From NCBI GenBank assembly GCA_016844585.1, contig JAERMM010000011.1, positions 1 through 49,747 on the forward strand: a DNA stretch of 49,747 nt, given 5' to 3'. This document shows, piece by piece, positions 35,240 through 44,623 of the stretch. This stretch comes from Chloroflexota bacterium (GTDB taxonomy: Bacteria > Chloroflexota > UBA6077 > SHYK01). The notes below the pieces were generated by a model. It saw only the letters and a list, made by a program, of their open reading frames with translations, did no database searches and had not been told where the DNA came from. Each line of letters starts with the position of its first letter. Position 1 is the first letter of the stretch. The translations under genes were made by a program, and so were the position numbers.

Positions 35240-35267
35240 TCAAACGAGAAGGGGTCGAACGAGAAGG
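35240..35267. repeat. 13-nt direct repeat TC(A/G)AACGAGAAGG x2, 15-nt period, in the RR-HK spacer
   Basis: Read directly at 35240-35252 and 35255-35267, with one mismatch. Confidence 0.8.
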
Positions 35268-35301
35268 AAGTTGGGGATTCATGACGACAGGGCTAGAGCG
35301 A

Positions 35302-36123
35302 TCACAGGCTCAGGCCAGCCTCGAACGGGACCTCTCTTCCGTCCGAATCGAAACTGTGCGCCCTACCCTCGGCGTCCCAGGTGATCAGTCGCCCAGCGCG
35401 AACGATGATCGCGGCGCGAGTCCGTGCGATCTTTTCCTCGGTCGGATTGTCGCTCAAACCCCACGCGGCGTAGATCTGACCGTTCGTGCGTGCGATAGTG
35501 CGCTTGTCTCGGAATCCCATCCGACCGGCGATCTGCTCGTTGTTGAGCCCTTCGGCGAGCATCCGTGCCACAGCTTGCTCGTTGGGCTCGAGTAACGCCA
35601 TTGGCGAGCCACGGTCCTTCTCACGGACCTCCTGCACGCGCGACTCAACATCTGGGTCGATGAATCCACGTCCGTCGACGGCATCCGTCAGAAGGGGAGC
35701 GATCATGTCTGGGAGAAGATAGTTCGACTTCAACACGTAGGCGTAGTGGCTAAGGATTCCTGAATCGATGAACGCGCGGAAGTACTCATCGTTGTCTTGA
35801 ATCGAATAGAAGACCACGGGCTGGCGCGGCAACTCTCGGCGAATGGACACTGCTGTCGCGATGCCGTTAGCAGGACCGGCCAGCCGAACATCCATCAGGA
35901 TTACGTCAGGCGGTTGGCTGAGGCAGTGGGCGAGCGCCTCTTCACCGCTCCGGTAGGCTCCAACGACATCGAGCGAGATGTCGGCGACGGCATCGAGTCC
36001 CGAGCACATTGCTCGCAGGAGCCGCTCATTGTCCTCAACCACCAGGACACGAAGGGTTCGCGCCCGTTTGGGCACATGCAGGGCACGAGAGACGAGAGCC
36101 GTGGCGGGACGACCAGCATGCAT
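35302..36123 (-). CDS. NarL/FixJ-family response regulator (receiver plus LuxR-type HTH, with long linker and C-terminal tail)
   Basis: LRVLVVEDN...DVILMDVRL receiver domain. HTH LEPNEQAVARMLAEGLNNEQIAGRMGF. About 40 extra C-terminal residues. Confidence 0.85.
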   Translation of the reverse strand: MHAGRPATALVSRALHVPKRARTLRVLVVEDNERLLRAMCSGLDAVADISLDVVGAYRSGEEALAHCLSQPPDVILMDVRLAGPANGIATAVSIRRELPRQPVVFYSIQDNDEYFRAFIDSGILSHYAYVLKSNYLLPDMIAPLLTDAVDGRGFIDPDVESRVQEVREKDRGSPMALLEPNEQAVARMLAEGLNNEQIAGRMGFRDKRTIARTNGQIYAAWGLSDNPTEEKIARTRAAIIVRAGRLITWDAEGRAHSFDSDGREVPFEAGLSL

Positions 36124-36305
36124 TGTGCTGAGACGCTACCCAAGTGGGTGACTATGCGTCAAGCACTCGGGTGCTGCTTCAACGCACTCAAGACATTGTG
36201 GATTGATCAACGAGAGCCTAGGATGGAGACTCTGCTATCAGCCTAGGTCGGGTGACGCGGAAGCCGTGAGGGGCGCATAATGATCTGCGGGTTGTTGGAG
36301 GGTTA

Positions 36306-36959
36306 TTGAATACGTTTGCCGGCATCCAGGAGGCGGTCGCAGATTTTCGCGGTGGCAAATTCGTGCTCATCCTCGATGCGGAGCGGGAGAACGAAGGTGA
36401 CGTCGCAATCGCGGCCGAGTATGTGACAGCATCGGCGGTAAATTTTCTCGCCACACATGCTCGGGGCCTGATTTGCATGCCGATGTTGGGAGAGCGCCTC
36501 GACCACCTTGGGATTCCTCCGATGGTTTCAGATGCGCCATCTGGAGCCCCCGCGTTCACCGTTTCCGTGGACGCGAGACGAGGAATCACGAGCGGGATCT
36601 CCGCTGAGGATCGTGCCTGGACGGTAAAAACACTCATCCATCCGCTTGCTCAGCGGAACGATCTCGAGCGGCCCGGACACATGTTTCCGCTGCGCTATGC
36701 AGAAGGCGGTGTTCTTCGACGGGCCGGCCACACCGAGGCGTCTGTCGACCTTGCAATGCTCGCGGGGTGCTACCCGGCCGCGGTTATCTGCGAAGTGATG
36801 AATGCCGACGGAACGATGGCCAGGCTCCCGCAACTTCAGTTGTTCGCCCGCGAGCATTGCATCACCATGATCAGCCTGGAGCAGCTCATTGCTCACCGGC
36901 GTTGGCTTGACCGCGTGGCCGACGACGTCCGCCAAGCAGTCGGAGGGCTCGTTCGGTAG
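36306..36959 (+). CDS. ribB: 3,4-dihydroxy-2-butanone-4-phosphate synthase (stand-alone RibB)
   Basis: FRGGKFVLILDAERENEGDVAIAAE, GLICMPM. TTG start with GGAGGG RBS. No GTP cyclohydrolase II domain. Confidence 0.9.
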   Translation: MNTFAGIQEAVADFRGGKFVLILDAERENEGDVAIAAEYVTASAVNFLATHARGLICMPMLGERLDHLGIPPMVSDAPSGAPAFTVSVDARRGITSGISAEDRAWTVKTLIHPLAQRNDLERPGHMFPLRYAEGGVLRRAGHTEASVDLAMLAGCYPAAVICEVMNADGTMARLPQLQLFAREHCITMISLEQLIAHRRWLDRVADDVRQAVGGLVR

Positions 36960-36971
36960 ACCGCGGCTCCC

Positions 36972-39884
36972 TCAAGATCCCTCGCCGGAGAGCCAGGTCT
37001 GGGCGACTGTGCCGATGCTGGCCGACGGAACCCGGCGAATCGTGCAAGGCGGCAGACTATTCAGAAATGCCGCGCCATAGGACTTGCTCTGAATCCTCCG
37101 ATCGAGCACTACGACGACGCCGCGGTCTGTCTGGCTTCGGATGAGACGGCCGAACCCCTGCTTGAAGCGGAGAATCGCCTGCGGCACGGCGTATTCGCTG
37201 AAAGGCTCATCGAACTGCTCGCTGCGCGCCGCGAATACCGGGTCCGTCGGTACCGCGAACGGCAGACGGGTGATGACCAGAGCGGACAGAGCGTCGCCGA
37301 CGATATCGACACCCTCCCAGAACGAGGCGGTACCCAGCAGTAGTGCCCGCTCGGTCGCCCGGAAGCGTTGCACCAGTCGGCTGCGAGAACCGTCCGTTCC
37401 CTGGCTCATAAGGACTATCTGTTCCCTGTCGATCCGTTCATGGATCATGTCACGGGTGGCGCGGAGCTGGGCGTAGGAAGTGAAGAGCGCCAGAGTTCGG
37501 CCGCCCAGCGCAACAGCGGTGTCCGCGATCGCGTCCGCGGCCCGCTTCGTGTACCCGGGCTGGCTCGGCTCCGGAATGTCTGACGGAAGCAGGAGCAGCG
37601 CCGCGTTCTGATAATCAAAGGGTGAGCCCAGAGCCAACTCCCGCGCATCGGCCGTTCCGAGACGTTGACGAACGTAGTCGAACGTTCCGTCCGTCGTTAA
37701 GGTCGCGGATGTCATGACCACCGTGCTTTTTGCTTCGAGGAACGACCGACGAACGTGCTCGGCGACGTCCAGCGGCGCCGAATGGATCGATGGCGAACCG
37801 CTCGGGTCAGAGGCCCAGCAAACAACCGCTGGGTTGGCTTCAGCGATGATCGCCTGCGCCCGCGAGATGGATTCGTCGAGTTGATTCGTCGCTGCCAGAA
37901 TCTCTGAAAGCACGTCAGAAAATCCCGCCATCTGCCCTCCGCGAGATGGGGGGCGGGGTGCGCTCTCCGAATCCGGACTCGCCCAGGGCCCAACGGACAG
38001 GACATTCTCAATAGGGGGTCCTTCGTCGGAGGCCGTGGCGTCGGAAAGCTCCTCGATCAATGGCGTGCAACTGCGTCGGAGGTTCTCCAGCATCCCGCGC
38101 GCGCCCTCCCAGGTTTGCTCGATTGACTGCCATGCGCCGTCGTTCCGAGCGTTCCCGGTCAAGCGGACCAATGGCGTAGACCCACCCGCAGCCGCCCGCG
38201 CGTGTACGAAATCGTGGATTGCATCGAATAGCTCGGTTACGGTAGCGAGCGCTTGAGGGGCTGCCCTGTGCAGCGATTGGACCTGCTCAAGAAGATAGGC
38301 TGTTTGGCTCTGAGGCAGGCCTCCCCCTCGGAGCAGAGTGAGCCCCAGGTCGGCGGCGCCGCCAGTATTTGCCGGGTGTGGTCCACGCAGCGCCTCGACC
38401 GGCTGAAAGAACGATCGTGCGGAAACAGTAAACCCGAGTTGGGTCGTTGCCTCGCTCTCCAGGTGATGCGCCTCATCCACGATCAGGTGGTCGTATTCCG
38501 GGACGACTCGGCTCTTTGTCTGCACGTCCGAGAGAAGAAGCGCGTGATTCACGATCACGATGTGACTTGCTTCCGCGGCTCGGCGAGCCCTGGCGATGAA
38601 GCATGACCCCTCGCGGTGATACGGACAGGTGAGCGGCGAGCATCCCTCCGCCTGAGAAGAGATCCTGCTCCAAACGAGCTCCTCCTCAGGTGTCAGCCGC
38701 AGCTCACCACGGTCGCCGGTCTTTGTCTGGCGGATCCACAGAAGGGTCTTCACGAGAAGGCTTGCCTCTTCTGCGCTGAAGAACTCGCTGCGGAGCAACG
38801 CAATCCATCGACGCAGGCAGAGATAGTTGGACCGTCCCTTGAGAACGGTCGTGCGCAGCCGGTGACCGGTCGCACGAATCAGGTCAGGTATGTCCTTGTC
38901 ATAAAGTTGGTCTTGCAAATTGATCGTGTTGGTTGAAACCACGACCCGCCGGTCGTTCGCCGCCGCGAACGCGAGCGATGGAAGGAGATAAGCGAGCGAC
39001 TTTCCCACCCCGGTGCCCGCCTCCACAACGAGATGTGCTCCGCCATTGAATGCTTCGGCTACTGCTCGCAGCATCGCTATCTGCTCAGGCCGCTCCTCGT
39101 AGGCCGCCACGGTAGCGGCTACCGATCCGCCCTGGGCCAGGGATTCCGCCAGCGCGCTTACGTTGATGTCGCGCATGGTGGAGGCAGGGGAGAGAGAGGC
39201 CACGGCGTCGGGAGGGGCCAGGACGTGTGCGAGCCCCAGGGGCGGCTGCGCTACCGTTCCTTGAGCGAGAGCGTCCTCCAGCAGGCGGCGGCGACGGTCA
39301 TGTTCGATCCCCAGAAAGAGGTCGTGAAATGGCCAACGAGCGTCTCGAGAAACACGATTCACTTGCATCAGAATGTCGAGGTCCAATGCGCGGATTCGGC
39401 CGAGCAGCGCGACTAGGATCTCCCGTGCCAGGTGGGCGTCGACGACTGCGCGATGATGCGAGGAGGGAGTCATGCCGAGGGCGCGAGCGATGGAGGTGAT
39501 GTCGTACGCGGGAAGGCCGGGTAGGAGCGCGGTGGCCAGCTCGTAAGTGTCGATTTGTGGGTTGGGGAGCCGAATTCCTTGCCGGGCCAGATGCGCAACG
39601 TCGATCTCGACGCTCTGACCGACGATGGGCTCGTCACCGACGAAGCGACCCAGCACCGCGGCGACCTCATCGAGTGGCGGTGCGCTATCGAGCGCCCGGT
39701 CGTCGATCCCGGTCAACAGCCGAATCGAATAGGGTACCCGCGCGCCGGGATTGACCAGGGTGGTCCATTCGTCCAGCACCCCGGCCTCGTTGAAGCGAAC
39801 GGCCCCAATCTCGATCACGCGCGAGGAAGGAGTGTTGGCCTCGATGAACTCGAGGTCGAGCGCGACGTACGTTGGAAGAGCCAA
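36972..39884 (-). CDS. dinG: DinG-family ATP-dependent helicase fused to an N-terminal DnaQ-like 3'-5' exonuclease domain
   Basis: The exonuclease motifs are ALDLEF, a mid-domain GQSVEIDV (an uncertain counterpart of the Exo II acidic motif) and HRAVVDAH. The helicase motifs are Walker A AGTGVGKS and a DEAH box (VDEAHHLE). Four Cys residues (C356, C415, C420, C428) sit where the DinG/XPD Fe-S domain lies. Confidence 0.9.
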   Translation of the reverse strand: MALPTYVALDLEFIEANTPSSRVIEIGAVRFNEAGVLDEWTTLVNPGARVPYSIRLLTGIDDRALDSAPPLDEVAAVLGRFVGDEPIVGQSVEIDVAHLARQGIRLPNPQIDTYELATALLPGLPAYDITSIARALGMTPSSHHRAVVDAHLAREILVALLGRIRALDLDILMQVNRVSRDARWPFHDLFLGIEHDRRRRLLEDALAQGTVAQPPLGLAHVLAPPDAVASLSPASTMRDINVSALAESLAQGGSVAATVAAYEERPEQIAMLRAVAEAFNGGAHLVVEAGTGVGKSLAYLLPSLAFAAANDRRVVVSTNTINLQDQLYDKDIPDLIRATGHRLRTTVLKGRSNYLCLRRWIALLRSEFFSAEEASLLVKTLLWIRQTKTGDRGELRLTPEEELVWSRISSQAEGCSPLTCPYHREGSCFIARARRAAEASHIVIVNHALLLSDVQTKSRVVPEYDHLIVDEAHHLESEATTQLGFTVSARSFFQPVEALRGPHPANTGGAADLGLTLLRGGGLPQSQTAYLLEQVQSLHRAAPQALATVTELFDAIHDFVHARAAAGGSTPLVRLTGNARNDGAWQSIEQTWEGARGMLENLRRSCTPLIEELSDATASDEGPPIENVLSVGPWASPDSESAPRPPSRGGQMAGFSDVLSEILAATNQLDESISRAQAIIAEANPAVVCWASDPSGSPSIHSAPLDVAEHVRRSFLEAKSTVVMTSATLTTDGTFDYVRQRLGTADARELALGSPFDYQNAALLLLPSDIPEPSQPGYTKRAADAIADTAVALGGRTLALFTSYAQLRATRDMIHERIDREQIVLMSQGTDGSRSRLVQRFRATERALLLGTASFWEGVDIVGDALSALVITRLPFAVPTDPVFAARSEQFDEPFSEYAVPQAILRFKQGFGRLIRSQTDRGVVVVLDRRIQSKSYGAAFLNSLPPCTIRRVPSASIGTVAQTWLSGEGS

Positions 39885-39975
39885 ACGCAGGTCTTTCTAG
39901 CGAGGAGGCCGGTGCTGGCATGGGGCCAGCCCTGGCTTTGTACTCAATGGCGCGGGCAGACGCTTTATGAGATCG

Positions 39976-40545
39976 CTAGCCCCGCCGCGTCGCGCGCATA
40001 GCGGAGCGAGCCAGAAAGTCGCGGATTATTGGATTGCGAATCAGTGCGATTGCAATAGGGAAAAGCTCCGCCGCGTGACGGAGCTGCCCCGCATCTGGCA
40101 TCGCTTTGCGGTCTGCACGTGTGCCGATCGCGGACCCATTCAGGTGCGCTACCTGCTCCTGAATGTCGCCGCGGGATGGTATCCGATGGGACACCCGTTC
40201 CGCCGCGGCCTTAGCGATGCTGGCCGCCTCTTCCAGGGCCGATGAGCCCCGGTTGGAGGCTGCGCGCATCAACGCGGCGGTCGATTCCGTCAGCGTTGGA
40301 TCCCGACGTGGCCGAAGGCGTCCCGCGACGAACGCGCCGACGACCGCCCCCCCGACTCCCGCGAGCAGAATCTTCGCCACGCCCGGTCGAGCGCGTGTCT
40401 GGTCGTTTATGAGATCTACCAGGTCCTGAACGCGGTCCAATGCAAGGGCGACAACCTGTGCAACATCCTCAATCGCTGTTTCCCAGCGCTCGGGCATGGC
40501 GCCTTCGATTTCCAGGTCATCAGTTATGCGGTCTGCGGAGTCCAT
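39976..40545 (-). CDS. hypothetical protein with one Gly-rich TM helix
   Basis: ATG 40545 is preceded by AAAGGAGG. ILLAGVGGAVVGAFVAG helix. The longer ORF (to 40761) would overlap pbpA. I recognise no family. Confidence 0.55.
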   Translation of the reverse strand: MDSADRITDDLEIEGAMPERWETAIEDVAQVVALALDRVQDLVDLINDQTRARPGVAKILLAGVGGAVVGAFVAGRLRPRRDPTLTESTAALMRAASNRGSSALEEAASIAKAAAERVSHRIPSRGDIQEQVAHLNGSAIGTRADRKAMPDAGQLRHAAELFPIAIALIRNPIIRDFLARSAMRATRRG

Positions 40546-40597
40546 CTGGCGCCTCCTTTTTCGAATCGTTTGGATACTTGGATCATAGCACAGGCAC

Positions 40598-42127
40598 TCA
40601 GTAGCCCAGACGGAGAGCGGCCTCAAGAACCTTCTGCGCAGCCGGCGTCGCGAACTGCGTCCCCGAGCCGCGATTCTCCATGATAACGGCGACGGCCACA
40701 CCCGGACGGTCGGCTGGCGCGTAGCCGATGAACCAGGCATGAGGCGTGCTGCCAGCGCCAACTTCGGCTGTTCCGGTTTTCCCTGCGACGCGGACCCCCG
40801 CGATACGGGCAGGCTGGGCGTACGCGGTATCGACGCTGAGCACCATCATCTGGTTGACCGCGGCCGCTGTCGCAGGGCTCACGACGCGCCGCAACGTCTC
40901 GCCCCCACGGTGGAGGGTTGTATTCCCATGAGGGCCGCGTGATTCTGACGCCAGGTAGGGCGCCGGCATAACGCCACCGTTGGCGATAGTCGCGGCCGCC
41001 AGCGCCATCTGCAGGGGGCTGACCTGCAGATCCCCCTGCCCAAAGGCGGTATTGGCCAACTCGACGGCGGTCATACTAGGCCCGCTCGAGATGCGGCCGG
41101 CCGAAGTGGGCAGATCGAATGGCACCCGCTGGCCGATGCCAAAGCGCTGCGCATACTCGCGGAATCGATCCACGCTCGCTGCGACGCTCACAGAGGGAAA
41201 CGTGAAGGGCTGCGGTGACGACATCACGTTGAAGTCCGCTGCTCCCGGGAATCCGAGTGACAAACCCGTGTAAGCGAACATAGGATTGCACGACCAGGCG
41301 AACTCTTCGGCCCAGCTCAGGTCCGTAAGCTGGGGGTGGTTTGTGTTCCGGATGCGGAAGCCGTCGACGACAAGATCGCCTTCATGTCGATGGCGCTCGT
41401 TCGGGTCAGCTACTCTCAGATCGACTGCAGCCGATGCCGTCACGATCTTGAAGACCGAGCCAGGCACGTACTGTCCCTGTGTTGCTCGATCCACGAACGG
41501 GGTCGCCGAATCCGTCGCCAGTTGCTCCCAGCTCTCATCGAGTGTGTTAGGGTCAAAGTAAGGATGGCTTGCGAGGGCGAGGACTTCCCCGGTAGCCACA
41601 TTGATGGCGATAACCGCCCCTCTGTCGTTCCCAAGCACGCCGTCAGCCACGCGCTGCAGCTCGAGATCGATTGTAAGGACGATGTCTGTGCCCACCTGAT
41701 CGGCCGGAAGCACGCGCCTCTGCAAGCGGGTCAGCAGACCGCTTCCGCGGTCGCCCCGCAGGAATGGGTCGTACGCTTCCTCGATGCCGGACTTGCCGTG
41801 AATTGTGCTCGCGTAGCCGGTGACGTGGGCAAGAGGGGCGTATGCGTAGGTCCGCTCAGCAAGCTCGCCGATCTTCTTCGACGATGCCAGCACTTCGCCA
41901 TGACGGTCCAGGATGCGCCCTCGCAGATGCCTCCGCTCCTCTTCGATGATTCGTGGATTTGTGGGTCGCCCAAGGAGGTCGTCCGCTCGAATCACCTGCC
42001 AGTAGCCCAGGGCCAGTGCGACCGTCACTAGCATGAGCGAAATGATCGCTGAGAGCCCGCGGATGCGCTCAGGCACGAGCAGGTCGCCCGGACGCCGACT
42101 CCGCGGAGATACGGAGAAGCAGCCCAA
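40598..42127 (-). CDS. pbpA: class B penicillin-binding protein (PBP2/PbpA-type transpeptidase)
   Basis: N-terminal TM helix. SVFK, SCN and KTGTA motifs. GTG 42077 is an alternative start, giving only a 9-nt overlap with rodA. Confidence 0.9.
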   Translation of the reverse strand: MGCFSVSPRSRRPGDLLVPERIRGLSAIISLMLVTVALALGYWQVIRADDLLGRPTNPRIIEEERRHLRGRILDRHGEVLASSKKIGELAERTYAYAPLAHVTGYASTIHGKSGIEEAYDPFLRGDRGSGLLTRLQRRVLPADQVGTDIVLTIDLELQRVADGVLGNDRGAVIAINVATGEVLALASHPYFDPNTLDESWEQLATDSATPFVDRATQGQYVPGSVFKIVTASAAVDLRVADPNERHRHEGDLVVDGFRIRNTNHPQLTDLSWAEEFAWSCNPMFAYTGLSLGFPGAADFNVMSSPQPFTFPSVSVAASVDRFREYAQRFGIGQRVPFDLPTSAGRISSGPSMTAVELANTAFGQGDLQVSPLQMALAAATIANGGVMPAPYLASESRGPHGNTTLHRGGETLRRVVSPATAAAVNQMMVLSVDTAYAQPARIAGVRVAGKTGTAEVGAGSTPHAWFIGYAPADRPGVAVAVIMENRGSGTQFATPAAQKVLEAALRLGY

Positions 42128-43352
42128 TCATGATGAAATTGGCGAGAATTGAGCTGCCACCGTAGCTGAGAAATGGCAGTGTTATGCCGGTGATTGGGAT
42201 GATTCCCAGGTTGCCGGCCAGAATCACGAAGGCCTGGAAGCCCAGTGTTGTGCCAAGCCCCGCGGCGAGCAGCTTGGAGAAGTCGGATTCTGCGCGGAGC
42301 GCGATGCGGAATGCGCGATGGATCAAGGCGATGTATAGCCCGACGACAGCCAGGGTTCCTATGAGGCCGAGTTCCTCGCCGAGTGCTGCCAGAACGAAGT
42401 CTGTGTGTACGGCGGGTACGTATTCTGGGTAGCCGTATCCGAGACCCGAGCCTACGACCCCGCCGGCCGCATAGGCGGTCAAAGCTTGCACGATCTGGTA
42501 CGAATCGTCGGTCGCGTACGACCATGGGTCCAGCCAGATCCGAGTGCGGAGCTGTACGTGGTCGAATAGGTTATAGGATGCGATCGCACCAATGATCAGT
42601 AGAAACACACCGACCACCATGTAGGTTCGCCCTGTTGCGGCGTACAGCATTGCCAGGAACACGACGTAAAAGAGCAGGGCGGCTCCAAGATCCCGCTGCC
42701 ACACCAACATCGCCATCGACAGCGCCCACATCGCCGCGAGCGGCCCGAGATATGCGAGCGGTGGGAGCGCGAGCCGCCCGACACGCAATGGCGCATGCGC
42801 TATGAGTGCCCCCTTTTCGGCGAGGTAGGACGCGAAGAAAATGACCATGACGATCTTCATGATCTCAGAGGGCTGGAAGTAGAGCCCGCCGGCGCCGATC
42901 CAGAGACGTGTCCCGCTCCCATTCGGATCTACCCCGAATGTGACGGTTGCAGCCAGAACGAGAAGCCCCGCAGTGGCCCACGTGTACCTGAAACGTGCGA
43001 GCCAGGACACTCGTGGCAAGCCAAACGCTGACACCAGAAGCGCGCCGGCGCCAAGCGCGACCCATAAAGTCTGGCGCGGCGCAAACGACGGCTCGAGGCG
43101 GTCGACGGCGACGAGGCCGAGCGCGGAAAGCGTTGCAACAATTGGAAGGAGCGCCTGATCGGCGCCGGACAAACGCATCGACAGGGCTACGTGGATGCTC
43201 AGGAGCAACATCGCGAACACGAAAACGGCAGCGAGGTGGGCCTGCATCGTGCTCCCGCCGCGCACTAATTGGAGCAACATCGACGCAGCGCCCAGCAGCG
43301 CGATCGAGTAGATCAAGAGGCCAAGCTCAGTCGATCGGATTCCTCGTGTCAT
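42069..43352 (-). CDS. rodA: FtsW/RodA/SpoVE-family (SEDS) peptidoglycan glycosyltransferase
   Basis: About 10 TM helices and the C-terminal SEDS signature (TGITLPFLSYGGSS). Context is fhaB upstream and a PBP downstream. Confidence 0.88.
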   Translation of the reverse strand: MTRGIRSTELGLLIYSIALLGAASMLLQLVRGGSTMQAHLAAVFVFAMLLLSIHVALSMRLSGADQALLPIVATLSALGLVAVDRLEPSFAPRQTLWVALGAGALLVSAFGLPRVSWLARFRYTWATAGLLVLAATVTFGVDPNGSGTRLWIGAGGLYFQPSEIMKIVMVIFFASYLAEKGALIAHAPLRVGRLALPPLAYLGPLAAMWALSMAMLVWQRDLGAALLFYVVFLAMLYAATGRTYMVVGVFLLIIGAIASYNLFDHVQLRTRIWLDPWSYATDDSYQIVQALTAYAAGGVVGSGLGYGYPEYVPAVHTDFVLAALGEELGLIGTLAVVGLYIALIHRAFRIALRAESDFSKLLAAGLGTTLGFQAFVILAGNLGIIPITGITLPFLSYGGSSILANFIMIGLLLRISAESASGRPARA

Positions 43353-43359
43353 CAGCAGC

Positions 43360-43797
43360 TTAGGACGTCAATCTGAGCCGCACCCCGCCGACCTGGATCT
43401 CGTCCTCGGCGCGGAGGAGCATTTCGCCCTCAATGAGGCCGCCGTTAACTAGGGTACCGTTGGTGCTGCCCGCGTCGCGTACCCACCATCGCTCGTTACG
43501 AAGCAAGATCATCGCGTGGCTGATCGAGACGAATTCGTCATCCAGTACGATGGTGTTCCCATCTGCACGGCCAATCCGAGTCACGGGCTCGAGCGGAATC
43601 GTGTGCCCGAGGTGTCGCCCGGAGGTGCCAGCGTCGACCACGACAAGCCTGGCACGTGCTGATGGCGAGCGTCGATCCCTGAGTTCGGCGCCAAGTTCCC
43701 GCTGCATCAGGAGCACCAACGCGAAGAGGAAAAGGTAAAGCAGCCCCACGACTGTGATCCGCAGCGCCAAGATCGTGATGTCGGCAGGAGCGTCCAA
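43360..43797 (-). CDS. fhaB: FHA-domain membrane protein (FhaB/FipA-like)
   Basis: N-terminal TM helix and a C-terminal FHA domain (IGRADGNTIVLDDEFVSISHA...STNGTLVNG). Confidence 0.8.
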   Translation of the reverse strand: MDAPADITILALRITVVGLLYLFLFALVLLMQRELGAELRDRRSPSARARLVVVDAGTSGRHLGHTIPLEPVTRIGRADGNTIVLDDEFVSISHAMILLRNERWWVRDAGSTNGTLVNGGLIEGEMLLRAEDEIQVGGVRLRLTS

Positions 43798-43811
43798 CGT
43801 CAGGCACGCCC

Positions 43812-44573
43812 TCAGGTCGGACGGACGGTGATCCGGTAGCCACCCAGGGAGATCTCTGCATTTGAGCTAAATCGACCTATCTGGACACGTTGCCCCTCCA
43901 GATAGGTCCCGTTGGTGCTCTCCATGTCTTGCACGATCCATCCATCACCGTCAGGTTCTATTCTGGCGTGGTGTCGTGATACGCGCAGGTCGCGAACCAC
44001 AAGACTATTGTCCATCCCGCGCCCAATCGTTACGATCGTCTTCTCAGCACGCAGCTCCTCTCCGTCTTCCGTGATCAGGGCAAGCCCCCTTGCGGCGACG
44101 GCGGCGAGGACGGTATCGAAGCGTCGGGTCTGGCTGAGGCCTGAGCTTTCGGAACAGGACGCATCCTCAAAACGGGCCTCCCCTTTCACAAAGGAACGCG
44201 TTACACGAGGGTCCAGAGCGAGTTCGACGCGGATGGGACCGATCGGACGGCAGCCCTCTTCGACCGCCCGCCTGTCGAGGTGTGCTGCCGTCTCGCGCTC
44301 GACGGAGTCGCGGAACGAAGCGAAGCGATCGAAGTCGACCGGATGCAACCGTGCCACGTAGAAATTGGGTACTTCCACTGACTGTGCGCCGACCAGCTTC
44401 TGGTCGAGCATAAGGCGCTCAAGGACCCGAGCAATCTCTAGTGGCTGTAGGCGCGGGGAGAGGACCCGCCGAAAGCTTCCCTCGATGATGCCTTCGATGA
44501 GCGACTCTACCTGCGTCAAGAGCGACACATTGTGTCCCAACTCCGCGCGAGGAAGGCCGCGCAAGGTATCCAA
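43812..44573 (-). CDS. fhaA: FhaA-like protein (DUF3662 N-terminal domain plus C-terminal FHA domain)
   Basis: VESLIEGIIEGSFRRVLSPRLQPLEIARVL (DUF3662-type). FHA domain IGRGMDNSLVVRDLRVSRHHARI...STNGTYLEG. GTG 44528 is an alternative start. Confidence 0.8.
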   Translation of the reverse strand: MDTLRGLPRAELGHNVSLLTQVESLIEGIIEGSFRRVLSPRLQPLEIARVLERLMLDQKLVGAQSVEVPNFYVARLHPVDFDRFASFRDSVERETAAHLDRRAVEEGCRPIGPIRVELALDPRVTRSFVKGEARFEDASCSESSGLSQTRRFDTVLAAVAARGLALITEDGEELRAEKTIVTIGRGMDNSLVVRDLRVSRHHARIEPDGDGWIVQDMESTNGTYLEGQRVQIGRFSSNAEISLGGYRITVRPT

Positions 44574-44623
44574 CGAGGATTATAGCCCCGCGTTTCCGGT
44601 TCAGGGGCGGTCGACGTCGTCGC

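Noticed and set aside
36206-36250. Duplicated AGCCTAGG motif (gagCCTAGGatggagactctgctatcagCCTAGGtcg).
   Set aside because: CCTAGG is self-complementary, so the apparent direct and inverted repeat amounts to only 6-8 nt. That is too short to distinguish from chance.
36124-36305. Possible FMN (RFN) riboswitch upstream of ribB.
   Set aside because: I looked for the conserved core elements (GGGGUGAAAUUCCC.ACCGGCGGU, AGUCUGGAUG-type segments) and found none. The 182-nt region is a divergent promoter spacer shared with the response regulator. A covariance-model scan would be decisive.
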